A stretch of DNA of 64,000 nt from Phyllobates terribilis (taxonomy: Eukaryota): NCBI RefSeq assembly GCF_046119375.1, contig NW_027362768.1, forward strand, positions 370,140,001 through 370,204,000, read 5' to 3'. The notes under the pieces were generated by a model. That model made no database searches. It was not told the DNA's origin and saw only the letters and a program-made list of their open reading frames with translations. A program made the translations under genes and the position numbers. Shown here piece after piece: positions 51,431-63,720 of the stretch. Each line of letters starts with the position of its first letter. The first letter of the stretch is position 1.

Positions 51431-51961
51431 TGTTTATATCTTTTACAGACATGGCAATAACAAGTATTCTTTTTTTTTTATTATTATTTTTAGTTTGTAT
51501 AGGAAAAGGGAATAATTTTAAAAATGTTCACTTGTATGTTTAGCTCCCCTAAGGGACTTGAACTTGCGATTGTTTGCATGATCTATTGCAATGTATAGTA
51601 ATAATGACTGTCTACTATGAAGGCCACATTGGAGTACAAAGATGGTGGCGACAGAAAAAAAAAAAACAAGAGATGGAGATAACAGTATCCAGTCCGGGAT
51701 GATGGAGAATCCTTTTCCTGCCTGTTCTACATTAATATTCCTATGTGTATGTTCTTACAGGAGCCCGCTCTCAGCGCCAGCAGTAAGAAGATGTTGGCGT
51801 GGCTGCAAAATAAGTCTCAGAAGAAAGAGGAGTCAGAAGGGGTTAAACCGCCGGCTAAACTTTCTCAGCTCGCTTTGTCACCCAAGAAAACGAGTGCGGG
51901 GTTAATGCACCAGTGGCTGAAGAAAGAAGGGGAGCCGTCGCCTAAGAAGCCGAGGAAATAA
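38903..51961 (+). CDS. HMCES: HMCES, SRAP-domain abasic-site protecting protein, 6 coding exons, 336 aa
   Basis: Exons: 38903-39091, 41112-41255, 41377-41496, 41637-41800, 42764-42956, 51761-51961 (1011 nt). It has the N-terminal MCGR (catalytic Cys2), [30 protein letters not shown] and a C-terminal QWLKK PIP-like motif. The donors at 41256 and 42957 are GC. Confidence 0.95.
39245..40872 (-). mobile_element. Tc1-like transposon with DD38E spacing (Intruder-type), inactivated, in the first coding intron of HMCES
   Basis: ~268-bp TIRs (39245-39512, 40605-40872) beginning (C/T)AGTACAGACCAAAAGTTTGGACAC, with TA at the right flank. The transposase runs from 40458 to 39408 with a 2-bp deletion near 39703-39706. 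Restoring the frame gives [40 protein letters not shown], with 38 residues between D and E. Confidence 0.92.
42068..42235. repeat. 29-bp perfect tandem repeat, about 5.7 copies
   Basis: CGCCTAGACTTTAGAGCAAGTCGACTTCC. Confidence 0.95.
43183..43571. mobile_element. hAT-type MITE carrying an internal 31-bp tandem repeat
   Basis: Perfect 8-bp duplication GTGTAGAG at 43175-43182 and 43572-43579. The ends are CAGGGATGTCAAAC / GTTTGACATGTGTG. The internal unit CCCCACATAGTCCTCCATACAGAATAATGGA is present about 6 times. Confidence 0.85.
44944..46341 (+). CDS. DIRS ORF1 (gag-like), open for 465 codons; first in-frame ATG at 45034
   Basis: Long open frame with an N-terminal CxxC, P.VD.P.S.L, D..E...[24 protein letters not shown] and a basic C-terminus, as in vertebrate DIRS ORF1. 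Confidence 0.75.
   Translation: MVAESRILSYCTHCKGLLPPYLRRSQLCGGMSDQGARTSLPVRFRILHAYLIRRGLRRRQVRHWSGGLSDVKVEALTRSIDSLSDLLGHWVSAKSQPTSQGKKRHRPVVALSPPRSASEASESPTDSAGEISDSDEEDRQGRSASLSGRVDAFIGAMREELQLSEEVTRRPGKSARLYQESRRARSMLPAHDELNEAVEKERPCPDKRFQGMRFFDALYPCSTETIANWVPSPEVDVPLSQLSKSSLLPVKGKASLQEPLDRRTELAAKSIYEAAGHGFRAALGAMWAGEASLRWLDQLRTAWHDGTHLSEVERLFQLLEEAARYGRDAVLDTTSVLSRAQSSAVTVRRALWLKQWTGDAVSKQGLLSLAYKGGQLFGSDLTELIAKAKDTALPQRKAAASTSGKSSAGSGRRSFRPRGRFRQPSWRSGRPSSSGKNTTQKSRTPWKQHFRQVKREVDNKPAKAD
46340..48244 (+). pseudogene. DIRS RT - RNase H - Dam-like methyltransferase frame, disrupted
   Basis: Motifs: [38 protein letters not shown] (46962), [30 protein letters not shown], and a VDLMAS...DAL...W...FVFPP methylase-like domain. 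Lesions: a frameshift near 46465, a frameshift in the G-run at 47479-47489, and an in-frame TAG at 47726-47728. Confidence 0.9.
47491..49302 (+). CDS. DIRS tyrosine recombinase; the YR domain occupies about 48230-49220 of this open frame
   Basis: Catalytic R (SLRRVSEL), HxxR (AHSTR), W (AATW) and Y (FTKFY) are all present. A probable 1-bp deletion near 49222 bypasses the likely original stop at 49254-49256. Confidence 0.85.
   Translation: MERSLGSGGLVVRGVVSADQHPGVESDISLPPTLDGPFERSAGPDSDGQCDSCRVYQPSGRDEEFQTHDGGLSDPGMGLVQGSSHLRDSHPRSAEYHGRLPQSRAGGSRRMESSSGSFCTAVLPLGDSPSGLDGIQAELQDSDVHVQVQGPGGCVGRCSSGPVGPVRADLRVSAGILTSSGDPADQTRTNFHDFGGAGLAAEGMVFNAGVSSGGASVSTASSPGPVNPRAHSPSGPEVASFDGVALETEILTRREFSAEVIATLRAARGPATTRIYHRTWEAFYSWCSGSSRNPRVFSIPNFLAFLQCGLAKGLAVGTLRGQVSALSVLFRKAIASRRDVRSFFRGAARPFPPLRAFVAPWRLNLVLEALQHGPFEPMDSATLYLLSWKVAFLVAVTSLRRVSELAALSCSPPFLEFHSDRVLLRTRCDFLPKVVSRFHINQDIVLPSLCPKPKSPKERALHSLDLVRALKFYLTITQGFRKSDSLFVIPAGRRRGQRASKDTIARWIRSTILEAYRLKGEPCPVKVRAHSTRAVGSSWAFRQGALAAQLCRAATWRSIHPFTKFYKVDVSASADAALGAGSCRRRWFRLSLLSSFGACCALD
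49854..51390 (-). mobile_element. Tc1-like transposon with DD35E spacing (Traveler-type), one TIR missing
   Basis: The 5' TIR CAGTCATGGCCAAAAGTATTGAGAATG ends at 51390, with TA at 51391-51392. No matching TIR is present at the other end, which abuts the DIRS right ITR. Confidence 0.88.
49998..51014 (-). CDS. Intact 338-aa DD35E transposase ORF
   Basis: ATG to stop without interruption. It has an N-terminal [25 protein letters not shown] and [15 protein letters not shown], with 35 residues between the second D and the E. Confidence 0.92.
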   Translation of the reverse strand: MVISKETRAAIIALHKNGLTGKSIAATKIAPQSTIYRIIKNFKERASIVVKKAPGRPRKTSKRQDRILKLFQLRDGTTSSAELAQEWQQAGVSASARTVRRRLFEQGLVSRRAAKKPLLSRKNIRDRLIFCKRYREWTAEDWGKVIFSDESPFRLFETSGKQLIQRRRGERYHQSCLMPTVKHPETIHVWGCFSAKGIGSLTVLPKNTAMNKEWYQNVLQEQLLPTVHEQFGAQQCLFQHDGAPCHKAKVITKWLMEQNIEILGPWPGNSPDLNPIENLWSIIKRRVDKQKPTNSSKMQALIMQEWTAISQDLVQKLIESMPGRITEVLKKKGQHCKY

Positions 51962-52577
51962 AATGTAGCCTGGGCACTACAAATCCCAGCACACCCAGAC
52001 TGCATCCTCACAGCATTACCTTGTTTACTGTTGTTTTATACACTTTGCTATTGAGGTTCTGTCCATGTTTTTGCTCCACTTTCTACATTGTTGGTTCCAA
52101 GAAGGAATTCATTACAATCCGTTAATTTTCTCCTTGTAGAAGGTGGCACTGATGAGTCTGTGCCTGAATCCAACTGAAAAGGACAAGGGAGGAGCGTTGT
52201 GGGTAGAAAATTGTCATCTGCCCTCAACCAATCAGCATCACAGGAATGGTTCTCGGTAACGCTGATTGGTGCAGAGCAGACTGCACAGTGCTCCGCCCTC
52301 ACATCCTTTCCAGTCGGATGTCGACATAGGTTGCAGTCTTTGATACTTGACGTGTGTATTCCTGTCACTAAATATCATCTTGATCATCTTCTCTTCACGA
52401 TGGAAGTTTTTTGTTCATGCTTTAATGGATGCTCCGAATACACAGTCTACCGGCTCCTGACATTTCAGGGATCAGCTTTTAATATTTTTGACCCCAAAGG
52501 GGCAGATGTACATACTGTTCTAATGAAAATTTTGTGTATTTTCCGTGTCTGTTCTTATATTGGTCTCATGAGGGAAC

Positions 52578-52583
52578 AATAAA
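52578..52583 (+). terminator. Candidate HMCES polyadenylation signal
   Basis: AATAAA about 620 nt after the stop, with further AATAAA copies at ~52616-52645. Confidence 0.45.
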
Positions 52584-53309
52584 AAAAAGTGTCAAACAGT
52601 TGAATTAAATTGTTTAATAAATAAAAATGTTTAATAAAAAAATAAATAGCTTGAGCTTTGTTCATATGAGAAGGATCTGTCAACAGGACTGTCATGATGA
52701 TTATGTATTCTCTACTCCCAACACAATATACTGGAGGGTGAGGGAAGAGAGTCCGGAAAATGAACAAACTATTCAGCCAGATAATTGGGATTGGGTTCCT
52801 ACTGATCCGTTCCCTGCACCCTACCGCTGAAAATGACCTTTATACAGCGCTCTCTCTGCTTGGTGGTTGGATAGGAGAGGGGTCGGGTTAGCGAGTTCAT
52901 GGTGGGCACAGAGGTTGGTTCAGACCACTCCTCGCTGATTATAGGGACTGCAGCATATAAAGATCATTTTTAATGGTATGCCGCATCCTGGGATCTCATC
53001 TCTACTGTTCTAATGGATGCAAAGATTTTCTATAAAACTAAGGCTGCACTACGCCCCTTCAATTGTAAATTCCCTAGACCCCCTTAACCAGTATCCATTA
53101 GTTTTCACATCTGCTGAAGAGCAAAGACTTGACCTTGTGTATAAAAATAATTATGATTGTAAAGGGGCCTGTGATCAGGTCAGTCTGGGGCCCCCAAAAC
53201 TAATATCGCTTAGAAAGCTTTTCCACCAACCAGATCGCTCAGATTCGCTCACTGTGTTTCCGATTAGTTCTTAGAACGTTCCATTTGATAACAAAACTCT
53301 GGGACTCAG

Positions 53310-53470
53310 GAGGGGGCGTGTCTATGCAAATCGAGGATGACGGAGTGTCCACTGAGGAGGAGGGAGCGCTCAGATACTAGCCAATCAGAGACTAGCGCTG
53401 TAGGCTATGTGGAGTGGGCGGGGCTTGGCGTCAGTGCGGCGCTGGCTTTGGCGGAGGGCAGAGCTCCCGT
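53310..53470 (+). promoter_or_regulatory. Probable H2A promoter
   Basis: Octamer ATGCAAAT at 53324-53331, CCAAT box (AGCCAATCAG, ~53379-53388), GC box GGGCGGG (~53416), and CpG-rich sequence. Confidence 0.6.
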
Positions 53471-53472
53471 AG

Positions 53473-53964
<492 letters not shown>

Positions 53965-53994
53965 GACCCCCAAGAAGTGAGCCTGGAGCGACCC

Positions 53995-54930
53995 CCGGAC
54001 CAGCACCCAGAAGCCCCAAAGTAGTGCCCCCCAGACCAGCACCTGGAAGCCCCAAAGTGGTAACACCCCCCCCCAGACCAGCACCCAGAAGCCCCAAAGT
54101 AGTAACCCCCCCCCCAGACCAGCACCCAGAGGCCCCAAAGTAGTGCCCCCCAGACCAGCACCCAGAAGCCCCAAAGTAGTGCCCCCCAGACCAGCACCCA
54201 GAAGCCCCAAAGTAGTGCCCCCCAGACCAGCACCCGGAAGCCCCAAAGTAGTAACCCCCCCCCCCCAGACCAGCACCCAGAAGCCCCACAGTAGTGACCC
54301 CCCCCCCCCAAACCAGCACCTGGAAGCCCCACAGTAGTGACCCCCCCCCCCCCCAAACCAGCACCTGGAAGCCCCAAAGTAGTAACCCCCCCCCCAAACC
54401 AGCACCCAGAAGCCCCAAAGTAGTAACACCCCCCACCCCAGACCAGCACCTAGAAGCCCCACAGTAGTGACCCCCCCCCCCAAACCAGCACCTGGAAGCC
54501 CCACAGTAGTGACCCCCCCCCCCAAACCAGCACCTGGAAGCCCCAAAGTAGTAACCCCCCCCCCAAACCAGCACCCAGAAGCCCCAAAGTAGTAACACCC
54601 CCCACCCCAGACCAGCACCTAGAAGCCCCACAGTAGTGACCCCCCCCCCCCAAACCAGCACCTGGAAGCCCCACAGTAGTGACCCCCCCCCCCAAACCAG
54701 CACCTGGAAGCCCCACAGTAGTGACCCCCCCCCCCAAACCAGCACCTGGAAGCCCCAAAGTAGTAACCCCCCCCCCAAACCAGCACCCAGAAGCCCCAAA
54801 GTAGTAACACTCCCCACCCCAAACCAGCACCTAGAAGCCCCACAGTAGTGCCCCCCAGACCAGCACTCAGAAGCCCCAAAGTAGTGCCCCCCAGACCAGC
54901 ACCCAGAAGCTCCCAAAAGTAGTGACCGCC
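53995..54930. repeat. ~37-41-bp C-rich minisatellite just 3' of the H2A stop, about 24 copies
   Basis: (C)nAAACCAGCACC(T/C)(G/A)GAAGCCCCA(A/C)AGTAGT(G/A)A variants. Confidence 0.95.
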
Positions 54931-56104
54931 AGGAGATTGGTCGACTGATGATCGTCTCTGTCATCAATTAGCGCAGCCATAAATCTCCTATTTATCACAG
55001 GCTCCAATTAACTGTTCCACCAATGCTGCGTCCAGTATGACGCCATCTCCTCTATTGGTGGTACGGGCCGAAATCCCACAATCCTCTGTATAGACTGGGG
55101 TGCACAGAGTGCAGTTGTGCAGGGGTTAACTCCAGCCTTGCCACCCGTACAGTCGTGCAGGGGTTAACTCCCGCCTTGCACCCCCCTCCCTGTACAGTCA
55201 TGCAGGGGTTAACTCCCGCCTTGCACCCCCCTCCCTGTACAGTCCTGCAGGGGTTAATTCCCCCCCCGAAAACCCCCTTCCCCCTCCATGATACAGTCCT
55301 GCAGGGGTTAATAGTACAAACCTGTAGGGTTAACTCCTGGTAATCGCTCACCCATCGGCACCGCTCCCTGCTGTGGTCACGAAGGGTTAATGGTTCTCCT
55401 GATTTTTGCAGGCTCCGCACCTTTTAGACTGTTTCCCCCTTAGTTGCGGTTGTGGTCGCTCGTCGTGTTTTTAGGGGTTCACATGTTGTGCTGTATCGTA
55501 ATGTTTCTCCAGGTTGTCGGGAAGGAACCTGCACAAGTTGTCGGTTGTCACGGACATCGCCGCTGCTTAACCCTTTCTATGCTCAGTGTAATGTCAGAAC
55601 TGCTTTTATATTGTAACGTGGGGGGTCATATAGGGCTGGGGGGTCATATAGGGCCTGGTGGTATGGAGGGGCAGCGGCTCTGTGTCCTGGGGACGCTCTT
55701 GAGTTCTAAAAATGTGAATTATATATTTTTTTTTTTTGATCTATCAGGGATGAGCGGATTTGGGATTTTAATTTTCATCTGTCTCTGCAGTGTGGTCCTG
55801 AAGCGGAGGACCCCCCCCCTGTCCTGTATGGAGATGGGGTTAATATGTATGATCACCCCATACTATAACTGCACAGTATGGAGGGGATCTGTCTACTGCA
55901 ATGTCCCACAGCCCAACACCGATCCCTACGGGACCACACTGCATCGGCGCCCTTGATACAAAGTGTTAGCACCCTAGATATACAGAATAATAGACTGATC
56001 CCGAACAATTGGAATGATGTGTGCGGGTGTCAGCGCCCCCAGAAACTGCACAAGATAAGTAACAGAAAGTATATGCACAGTCACTGCAGCTAATGGTGAG
56101 CAGC

Positions 56105-56942
56105 GTATACTTATCCAGTATTATACTCCAGAGCTGCACTCACTATTCTGCTGGTGCAGTCACTGTGTACATACATTACATTACTGATCCTGAGCTACAT
56201 CATATATTATACTTCAGAGCTGCACTCACTATTCTGCTGGTGCAGTCACTGTGTACATACATTACATTACTGATCCTGAGTTACATCCTGTATTATACAC
56301 CAGAGCTGCACTCACTATTCTGCTGGTGGAGTCACTGTGTACATACATTACATTACTGATCCTGAGTTACATCCTGTATTATACTCCAGAGCTGCACTCA
56401 CTATTCTGCTGGTGCAGTCACTGTGTACATACATTACATTACTGATCCTGAGTTACATCCTGTATTATACTCCAGAGCTGCACTCACTATTCTGCTGGTG
56501 CAGTCACTGTGTACATACATTACATTACTGATCCTGAGTTACATCCTGTATTATACTCCAGAGCTGCACTCACTATTCTGCTGGTGGAGTCACTGTGTAC
56601 ATACATTACATTACTGATCCTGAGTTACCTCCTGTATTATACTCCAGAGCTGCACTCACTATTCTGCTGGTGCAGTCACTGTGTACATTCATTACATTAC
56701 TGATCCTGAGCTACATCATATATTATACTCCAGAGCTGCACTCACTATTCTGCTGGTGCAGTCACTGTGTACAGGATGTAACTCAGGATCAGTAATGTAA
56801 TGTATGTATACAGTGACTGCAGAATAGTGAGTGCAGCTCTGGAGGATAATACAGGATGTAACTCAGGATCAGTACAGGATCAGTAATGTAATGTATGTAC
56901 ACAGTGACTGCACCAGCAGAATAGTGAGTGCAGCTCTGGAGT
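56105..56942. repeat. Second locus of the 86-bp repeat; orientation switches at about 56772
   Basis: 56105-56772 is the reverse complement of the unit in COPG1 intron 23 (about 8 copies). 56773-56942 is in the forward orientation (about 2 copies). Confidence 0.93.
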
Positions 56943-59900
56943 CTATGGAAGTTCTTATGGTCCAGGCCCTGAATTCTACAGCGGTGACCCCCAACTTTTC
57001 ACTGTCCGGCAGATGCACAACTATTGCTCCGGGACAAGGTTTGTAAGAGGTTGGAGACCACCGATGTTACATTGTGTCCCCCCCTGAAGTTTTGCACTTA
57101 TACTTGTATTACTCTGGTTACATAAAGCTTCGGCACATTTGGGCTTTCAGGAACTGTTGTGTCTGGTCTTGTATCCAGCCCTTTATTAGGTTGTAACGTT
57201 TCTGGTAAGGGTTAACCTCTTCATTTACGCTGGGGTTGGGCTTACACGTGGAGGCTGGGGGTCTTGTGGTGCTCAGCTGGGACTCGCACAAGAACGTGGG
57301 GGTCCGACCATCACATCCAGAAACGCATCAGAACTCCACATTTCTGGCCCTGACTATGTAACAGCACAGCAGAAGCGGCCCCCCGGGACTTGTACACATT
57401 ATATGGGGGGTACCTTGTCTTGGACTTGTGTCTCGCCCCTTCGTCACCAGCTCGACCAGCACAGTGAGCACCGAACCCAGCGGGAAGTGTGGCCACATTG
57501 TAAGTCCAGCCCGGCCGCCCCATCATCCCCGTCCATCTTCTGGTGCTCTCGCGGCGTCTTGTCTGCGGTCCGATGACTTGGTGGGCAATGATGACGCTGA
57601 TTGCAGTGAGTTTCCGTTCGTTCCTGTGTGTCGGGATCGTCTCGAGTGGTTTCTAGAAGCACTTTAGGAATAGTGTGCAATATTGTTTCTTTATAAATGG
57701 GAAATGTCTTTTTCTATTTAATGTGTCAATAAACTTCCCCCTGTTTTAATGGAAACGTGTTCAGTCTGCGTCACTGTGTATCCTGCGCCTACCACGGGGG
57801 CCGTGCTAGAGCCATCCTACGTATAGGGGGGTCCGACCTTCAGTGAGCATCTTCATTGTTTTTCATTGCATATAATAACATCTGCGCTGGATACTGCGGC
57901 TAATGTATGTGGGCCCCCCTAACTGCTAATCAAAGGGGACTGGCGTCCGGTCACTTGCGCAAAAATTGTTGCAAAATTGTAAAAATGTGATAATTAGCTG
58001 AAAACATCTAGAAACCCCCAAACCTCGGCCATAATGGCGAACACTTATAAAGTTTTACAGGAACCTGATGGGGGAACATCACTGCGGCCCCTTCTCGCGC
58101 TTCGGCAGTTGACCCGTTCACTGGTTTGTACCTGTTCAGTGGGTGGCAAATGTGCAGGGAAACCAGTCCCTTTATTTGCAGGAACATTGGGGGGGGGGGG
58201 GGGGGGCTAACAGATCGGACCCCCATGATGATAATAGAGGAAGCCACCTTTAACTTTGACCCCATGGTGGAGGAGTCGTGTCTGTAAGAACCTGGGATAG
58301 ACTTGGCCATACACGGAGCCCATGGTGGTGCCCTGTTAGCAGCTGCCGTCATAGGAAATAACAGCTGCGTCCAACAACTGGGACAGGGCATTGTATATGG
58401 TTCACCATGACGTGCCAAGACCCCCGCACCCAGCTGTGCCGTGCGTCACGTAGCATGAAACCACCGCGCTGTGTGATGCCGTTACCCCCAGGACTCGGCA
58501 TTAACGACACGTCGGGGGGGGCCCCCATTATAAATAGAAAACTCAGCTGTGCCCCAAAATGCAACAACTGTGCACTGTAAGGAGGATGGGGGTCCACAAA
58601 ATACAAGGTCTCCTCTACAGCCCCTGAGCTGCCTGGGGACATGATCCCCCCCTGGAGTAGTGCTCTCCAGCCACTGCTCAACTACTACTCCCACTGGGCT
58701 GTTATCATGGCGTCCTTATAGTTCCGGTCTTGGTCACAATGTTTTTGTACGTGTTTATCTTAGAACAAAAAGTTGATGTTTATAAAGAAACCCCCCAAAA
58801 AACATCATTTTACCGTTTTTTGTTTTTGTATTTTCTTGCTTGATGAAGCCAAGAATCGGGCAGTGTGCCAGGGGAGGATGGCACCAAGAAAGAAGCAGTT
58901 TATGTGGCACCTGCTAACGAACTAAAACAGCTGCTGTGTGTTTTCTGGTTCAGTAACGAGACCTCATTTATCTCTGTAGCCCCCCCATTATGGCGCCTGG
59001 CAGTGCAGAGTACAGTGTATGGAGATGTCTCCTGCAGAACTATGAGTGCTGCTCTGCTTTAACGTCCCAGAGGCCAGACCCTGCTGGTCATAAAGGGGTG
59101 GGATATCATGGTGAATTTCCATCACTTTATGAGATGGGATGACCCTTTATAGGGGGTTTTCAACCATAAGGGTCTAAAGTGGGAAAAGTCAGCAGCACAA
59201 AAATCACTAAAGGAGCCCACCAGCCACAACTGAACGACTTCTATCTGGACCAGGGGGGCATGATAGAGGGATCATCTTAGCTATAGTCCCCTCACTCTCA
59301 GACCCTTCATCAGGTGTAATAGGTACTGGAGCATCATCAGAAGGTACTATACCCCCATCATTGACTTCATCACTGGGAGGTCAGAAGGGTCAGACACAAT
59401 CTAACCAAACATTGATGCCCAGCACACGGCCATTGCTGTTACACTGGGTTGACAAAGATTAGATTTTTTTTAACCCTTTGTCCGTGGACTGTCTGAAGCT
59501 ACAGTTCATCCCTATAAATGAATAAGGCTGAACTGTAATACCATGCACAGCCCACACTGACACGAGGCGCTAGGGGTAGAACATTGATCGCCTATCCTTA
59601 AGACTGCTCATCAATGTCAGTGGGGGTCCAGCACAGCAAGAGACCCCTACAATACATGTGCCTGATACTGCAGCTGATTGCATTTATATTAAGCGATGTG
59701 TGTATGTGCAATGCATAGGAGCTCCACAGCATCTTAGATTGTTTTTAAAGGGGTTTTCCACTTTTTGAAAAGTGCCATATAGTTTGTGGAAATCAATTTG
59801 CAGGATCCATTGGTCATGTCAGTAATCTGTGACCCCTGGACAGGAGCCCCAAAAACCACCTCTTCTGATTAGCTTGTATGGAGTGATGTCACACGTGCAA

Positions 59901-61349
59901 CGATGATGTCACACCAGCTAATCAGGAGTCGAGGGTGCTGTGAAGTAAGAGAGGGTGCTCAGGGCTTCTGTTCACAGACGTGGCTGATTGATCAGGGGCT
60001 TAACGATAATAGGTGCAAAGGTTGCAATCTAGAGCCCAAAAAGTACTTTTTGTCTCATATGAAAAGACCAATATTGTTAAAGACCCATGAACGTTGGGGG
60101 TCCTGCAGGAGATTTTGCATTGGGGTCCAAGAGGTTGAAGTTACAACACTGATCCTGGGAATTGATTAGCACCAACTGATCACGTGCACGCAGCATCGTT
60201 TAGACATTGGCACAGCAGTCACATTTTCCCATGCGAGAATGCCAGCGGTCATTTTCTCAAAGAAGATTTCCATTCTTGCAGTATACGCTCACATATAGCC
60301 GGTGGGCAGCAGCTTCCTCTAGGATGAATGTGCGCGTCACTTTTATTAACCACTTCACAGTTTCTGTACCTGGAGTGGTTAAAAGAAATGACAGACGAGA
60401 ACATGCACAGCAATTCAGTTTTGATATTACTGTGCAAGATTTTTATGGTGCACTTTCAGGATTGCAAGGTACCTGAAAAATACCTTGTATGCACAATGGA
60501 AAATAGTGCTCATCCTCCCTCGGTGCAACTCAGGCTTCTCTGGAATCTTTCACCGCTGCAGCCAATCACTGAGCGCAACAGCTCATGCCAGCTACGTCAG
60601 CAGAACTGCTGAACACGGCGATTGGCTGCAGCAATGTGAGACATCACCGCTGTTGTGAGAACCTATAGAACAGAGCAATTAAAGGACTGGAGACTTCTGT
60701 TAACCTTATGGGAATGGATTGATTTCCACTTTTCAAGCAGTGGAAACCCCATTTTTTTTAAAAAAATTACTGCTTCCCCCCTATGTTAGTTAATTTCATG
60801 CTTCAAACCAAGTACTTTAAGGGGTTGTCTGGTCTAAAATTAAAATATTGCATTTGGCCTGTATCACTGCAGCGCCCAGTGCACACAGGAGGGGTCTCTG
60901 AGCAGGGACCAGTGGGTATATATGCATTATGTATGGTAGTGGGCAGAAGTCTAGTTGGCACAGTATGGGGTGAGCCCACACCCATGAGTATGTATAATGT
61001 ACCCGCTGTTCCCTGCTCAGAAACCAGGGAATCATTGCAGCAGACAATTGGGTATTTTATATCAAACAACCCCTTTAAATGAAGGGTTCCCAATGATGTA
61101 ACCACTCAAGTCTTCCATATTCAACACTCCCAGTATGTGTTTACACCTTAACAAGACCTGGGATAAAACTCCACTAGAAGCTACAAACATGCTGAAAGTT
61201 TTTTTGTTTTAAAAATCCTGGGAACATGAAGTATTTTACATCAGTATTTGAAAGTTAAAGGTTTTTTTTTCGTCTCCATTGTGATTTTTCCTTTCCTCAT
61301 CTTTGTTTAAAAATACTGATGTAAAATACTAAACGGGGCTTTAAATTCT

Positions 61350-63720
61350 ATCACCAACCCACCTCCCCAAAACTACCAAGAAACCAGCAAATACATCCTC
61401 TATTACCAACCCACCTCCCCAAAACTACCAAGAAACCAGCAAATACATCCTCTATCACCAACCCACCTCCCCAAAACTACCAAGAAACCAGCAAATACAT
61501 CCTCTATCACCAACCCACCTCCCCAAAACTACCAAGAAACCAGCAAATACATCCTCTATTACCAACCCACCTCCCCAAAACTACCAAGAAACCAGCAAAT
61601 ACATCCTCTATTACCAACCCCCCTCCCCAAAACTACCAAGAAACCAGCAAATACATCCTCCATCACCAACCCCCCTCCCCAAAACTACCAAGAAACCAGC
61701 AAATACATCCTCTATTACCAACCCCCCTCCCCAAAACTACCAAGAAACCAGCAAATACATCCTCTATCACCAACCCACCTCCCCAAAACTACCAAGAAAC
61801 CAGCAAATACATCCTCTATCACCAACCCACCTCCCCAAAACTACCAAGAAACCAGCAAATACATCCTCTATCACCAACCCACCTCCCCAAAACTACCAAG
61901 AAACCAGCAAATACATCCTCTATTACCAACCCCCCTCCCCAAAACTACCAAGAAACCAGCAAATACATCCTCTATTACCAACCCCCCTCCCCAAAACTAC
62001 CAAGAAACCAGCAAATACATCCTCTATTACCAACCCCCCTCCCCAAAACTACCAAGAAACCAGCAAATACATCCTCTATCACCAACCCACCTCCCCAAAA
62101 CTACCAAGAAACCAGCAAATACATCCTCTATCACCAACCCACCTCCCCAAAACTACCAAGAAACCAGCAAATACATCCTCTATTACCAACCCACCTCCCC
62201 AAAACTACCAAGAAACCAGCAAATACATCCTCTATCACCAACCCCCCTCCCCAAAACTACCAAGAGACCAGCAAATACATCCTCTATCACCAACCCACCT
62301 CCCCAAAACTACCAAGAGACCAGCAAATACATCCTCTATCACCAACCCACCTCCCCAAAACTACCAAATACATCCTCCATCACCAACCCCCCTCCCCAAA
62401 ACTACCAAGAAACCAGCAAATACATCCTCTATTACCAACCCACCTCCCCAAAACTACCAAGAAACCAGCAAATACATCCTCTATCACCAACCCCCCTCCC
62501 CAAAACTACCAAGAAACCAGCAAATACATCCTCTATTACCAACCCCCCTCCCCAAAACTACCAAGAAACCAGCAAATACATCCTCTATCACCAACCCCCC
62601 TCCCCAAAACTACCAAGAAACCAGCAAATACATCCTCTATTACCAACCCCCCTCCCCAAAACTACCAAGAAACCAGCAAATACATCCTCTATTACCAACC
62701 CACCTCCCCAAAACTACCAAGAAACCAGCAAATACATCCTCTATTACCAACCCCCCTCCCCAAAACTACCAAGAGACCAGCAAATACATCCTCTATCACC
62801 AACCCACCTCCCCAAAACTACCAAGAGACCAGCAAATACATCCTCTATCACCAAACCACCTCCCCAAAACTACCAAGAAACCAGCAAATACATCCTCTAT
62901 TACCAACCCCCCTCCCCAAAACTACCAAGAAACCAGCAAATACATCCTCTATCACCAACCCACCTCCCCAAAACTACCAAGAGACCAGCAAATACATCCT
63001 CTATCACCAACCCACCTCCCCAAAACTACCAAAAAACCAGCAAATACATCCTCTATCACCAACCCACCTCCCCAAAACTACCAAATACATCCTCCATCAC
63101 CAACCCCCCTCCCCAAAACTACCAAGAAACCAGCAAATACATCCTCTATCACCAACCCACCTCCCCAAAACTACCAAGAGACCAGCAAATACATCCTCTA
63201 TCACCAACCCACCTCCCCAAAACTACCAAGAAACCAGCAAATACATCCTCTATTACCAACCCACCTCCCCAAAACTACCAAGAAACCAGCAAATACATCC
63301 TCTATCACCAACCCACCTCCCCAAAACTACCAAGAAACCAGCAAATACATCCTCCATCACCAACCCCCCTCCCCAAAACTACCAAGAAACCAGCAAATAC
63401 ATCCTCTATCACCAACCCACCTCCCCAAAACTACCAAGAAACCAGCAAATACATCCTCTATCACCAACCCACCTCCCCAAAACTACCAAGAAACCAGCAA
63501 ATACATCCTCCATCACCAACCCCCCTCCCCAAAACTACCAAGAAACCAGCAAATACATCCTCTATCACCAACCCACCTCCCCAAAACTACCAAGAAACCA
63601 GCAAATACATCCTCCATCACCAACCCCCCTCCCCAAAACTACCAAGAAACCAGCAAATACATCCTCCATCACCAACCCACCTCCCCAAAACTACCAAGAA
63701 ACCAGCAAATACATCCTCTT
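61350..63720. repeat. 52-bp C/A-rich tandem array, about 45 copies
   Basis: Unit CACCAACCCACCTCCCCAAAACTACCAAGAAACCAGCAAATACATCCTCTAT, with occasional ~42-bp deletion units. Confidence 0.97.

Noticed and set aside
57000-61300. Short ORFs in the region after H2A as coding exons
   Set aside because: No recognisable protein similarity or consistent splice phases. The region is largely degenerate MITE-like sequence.
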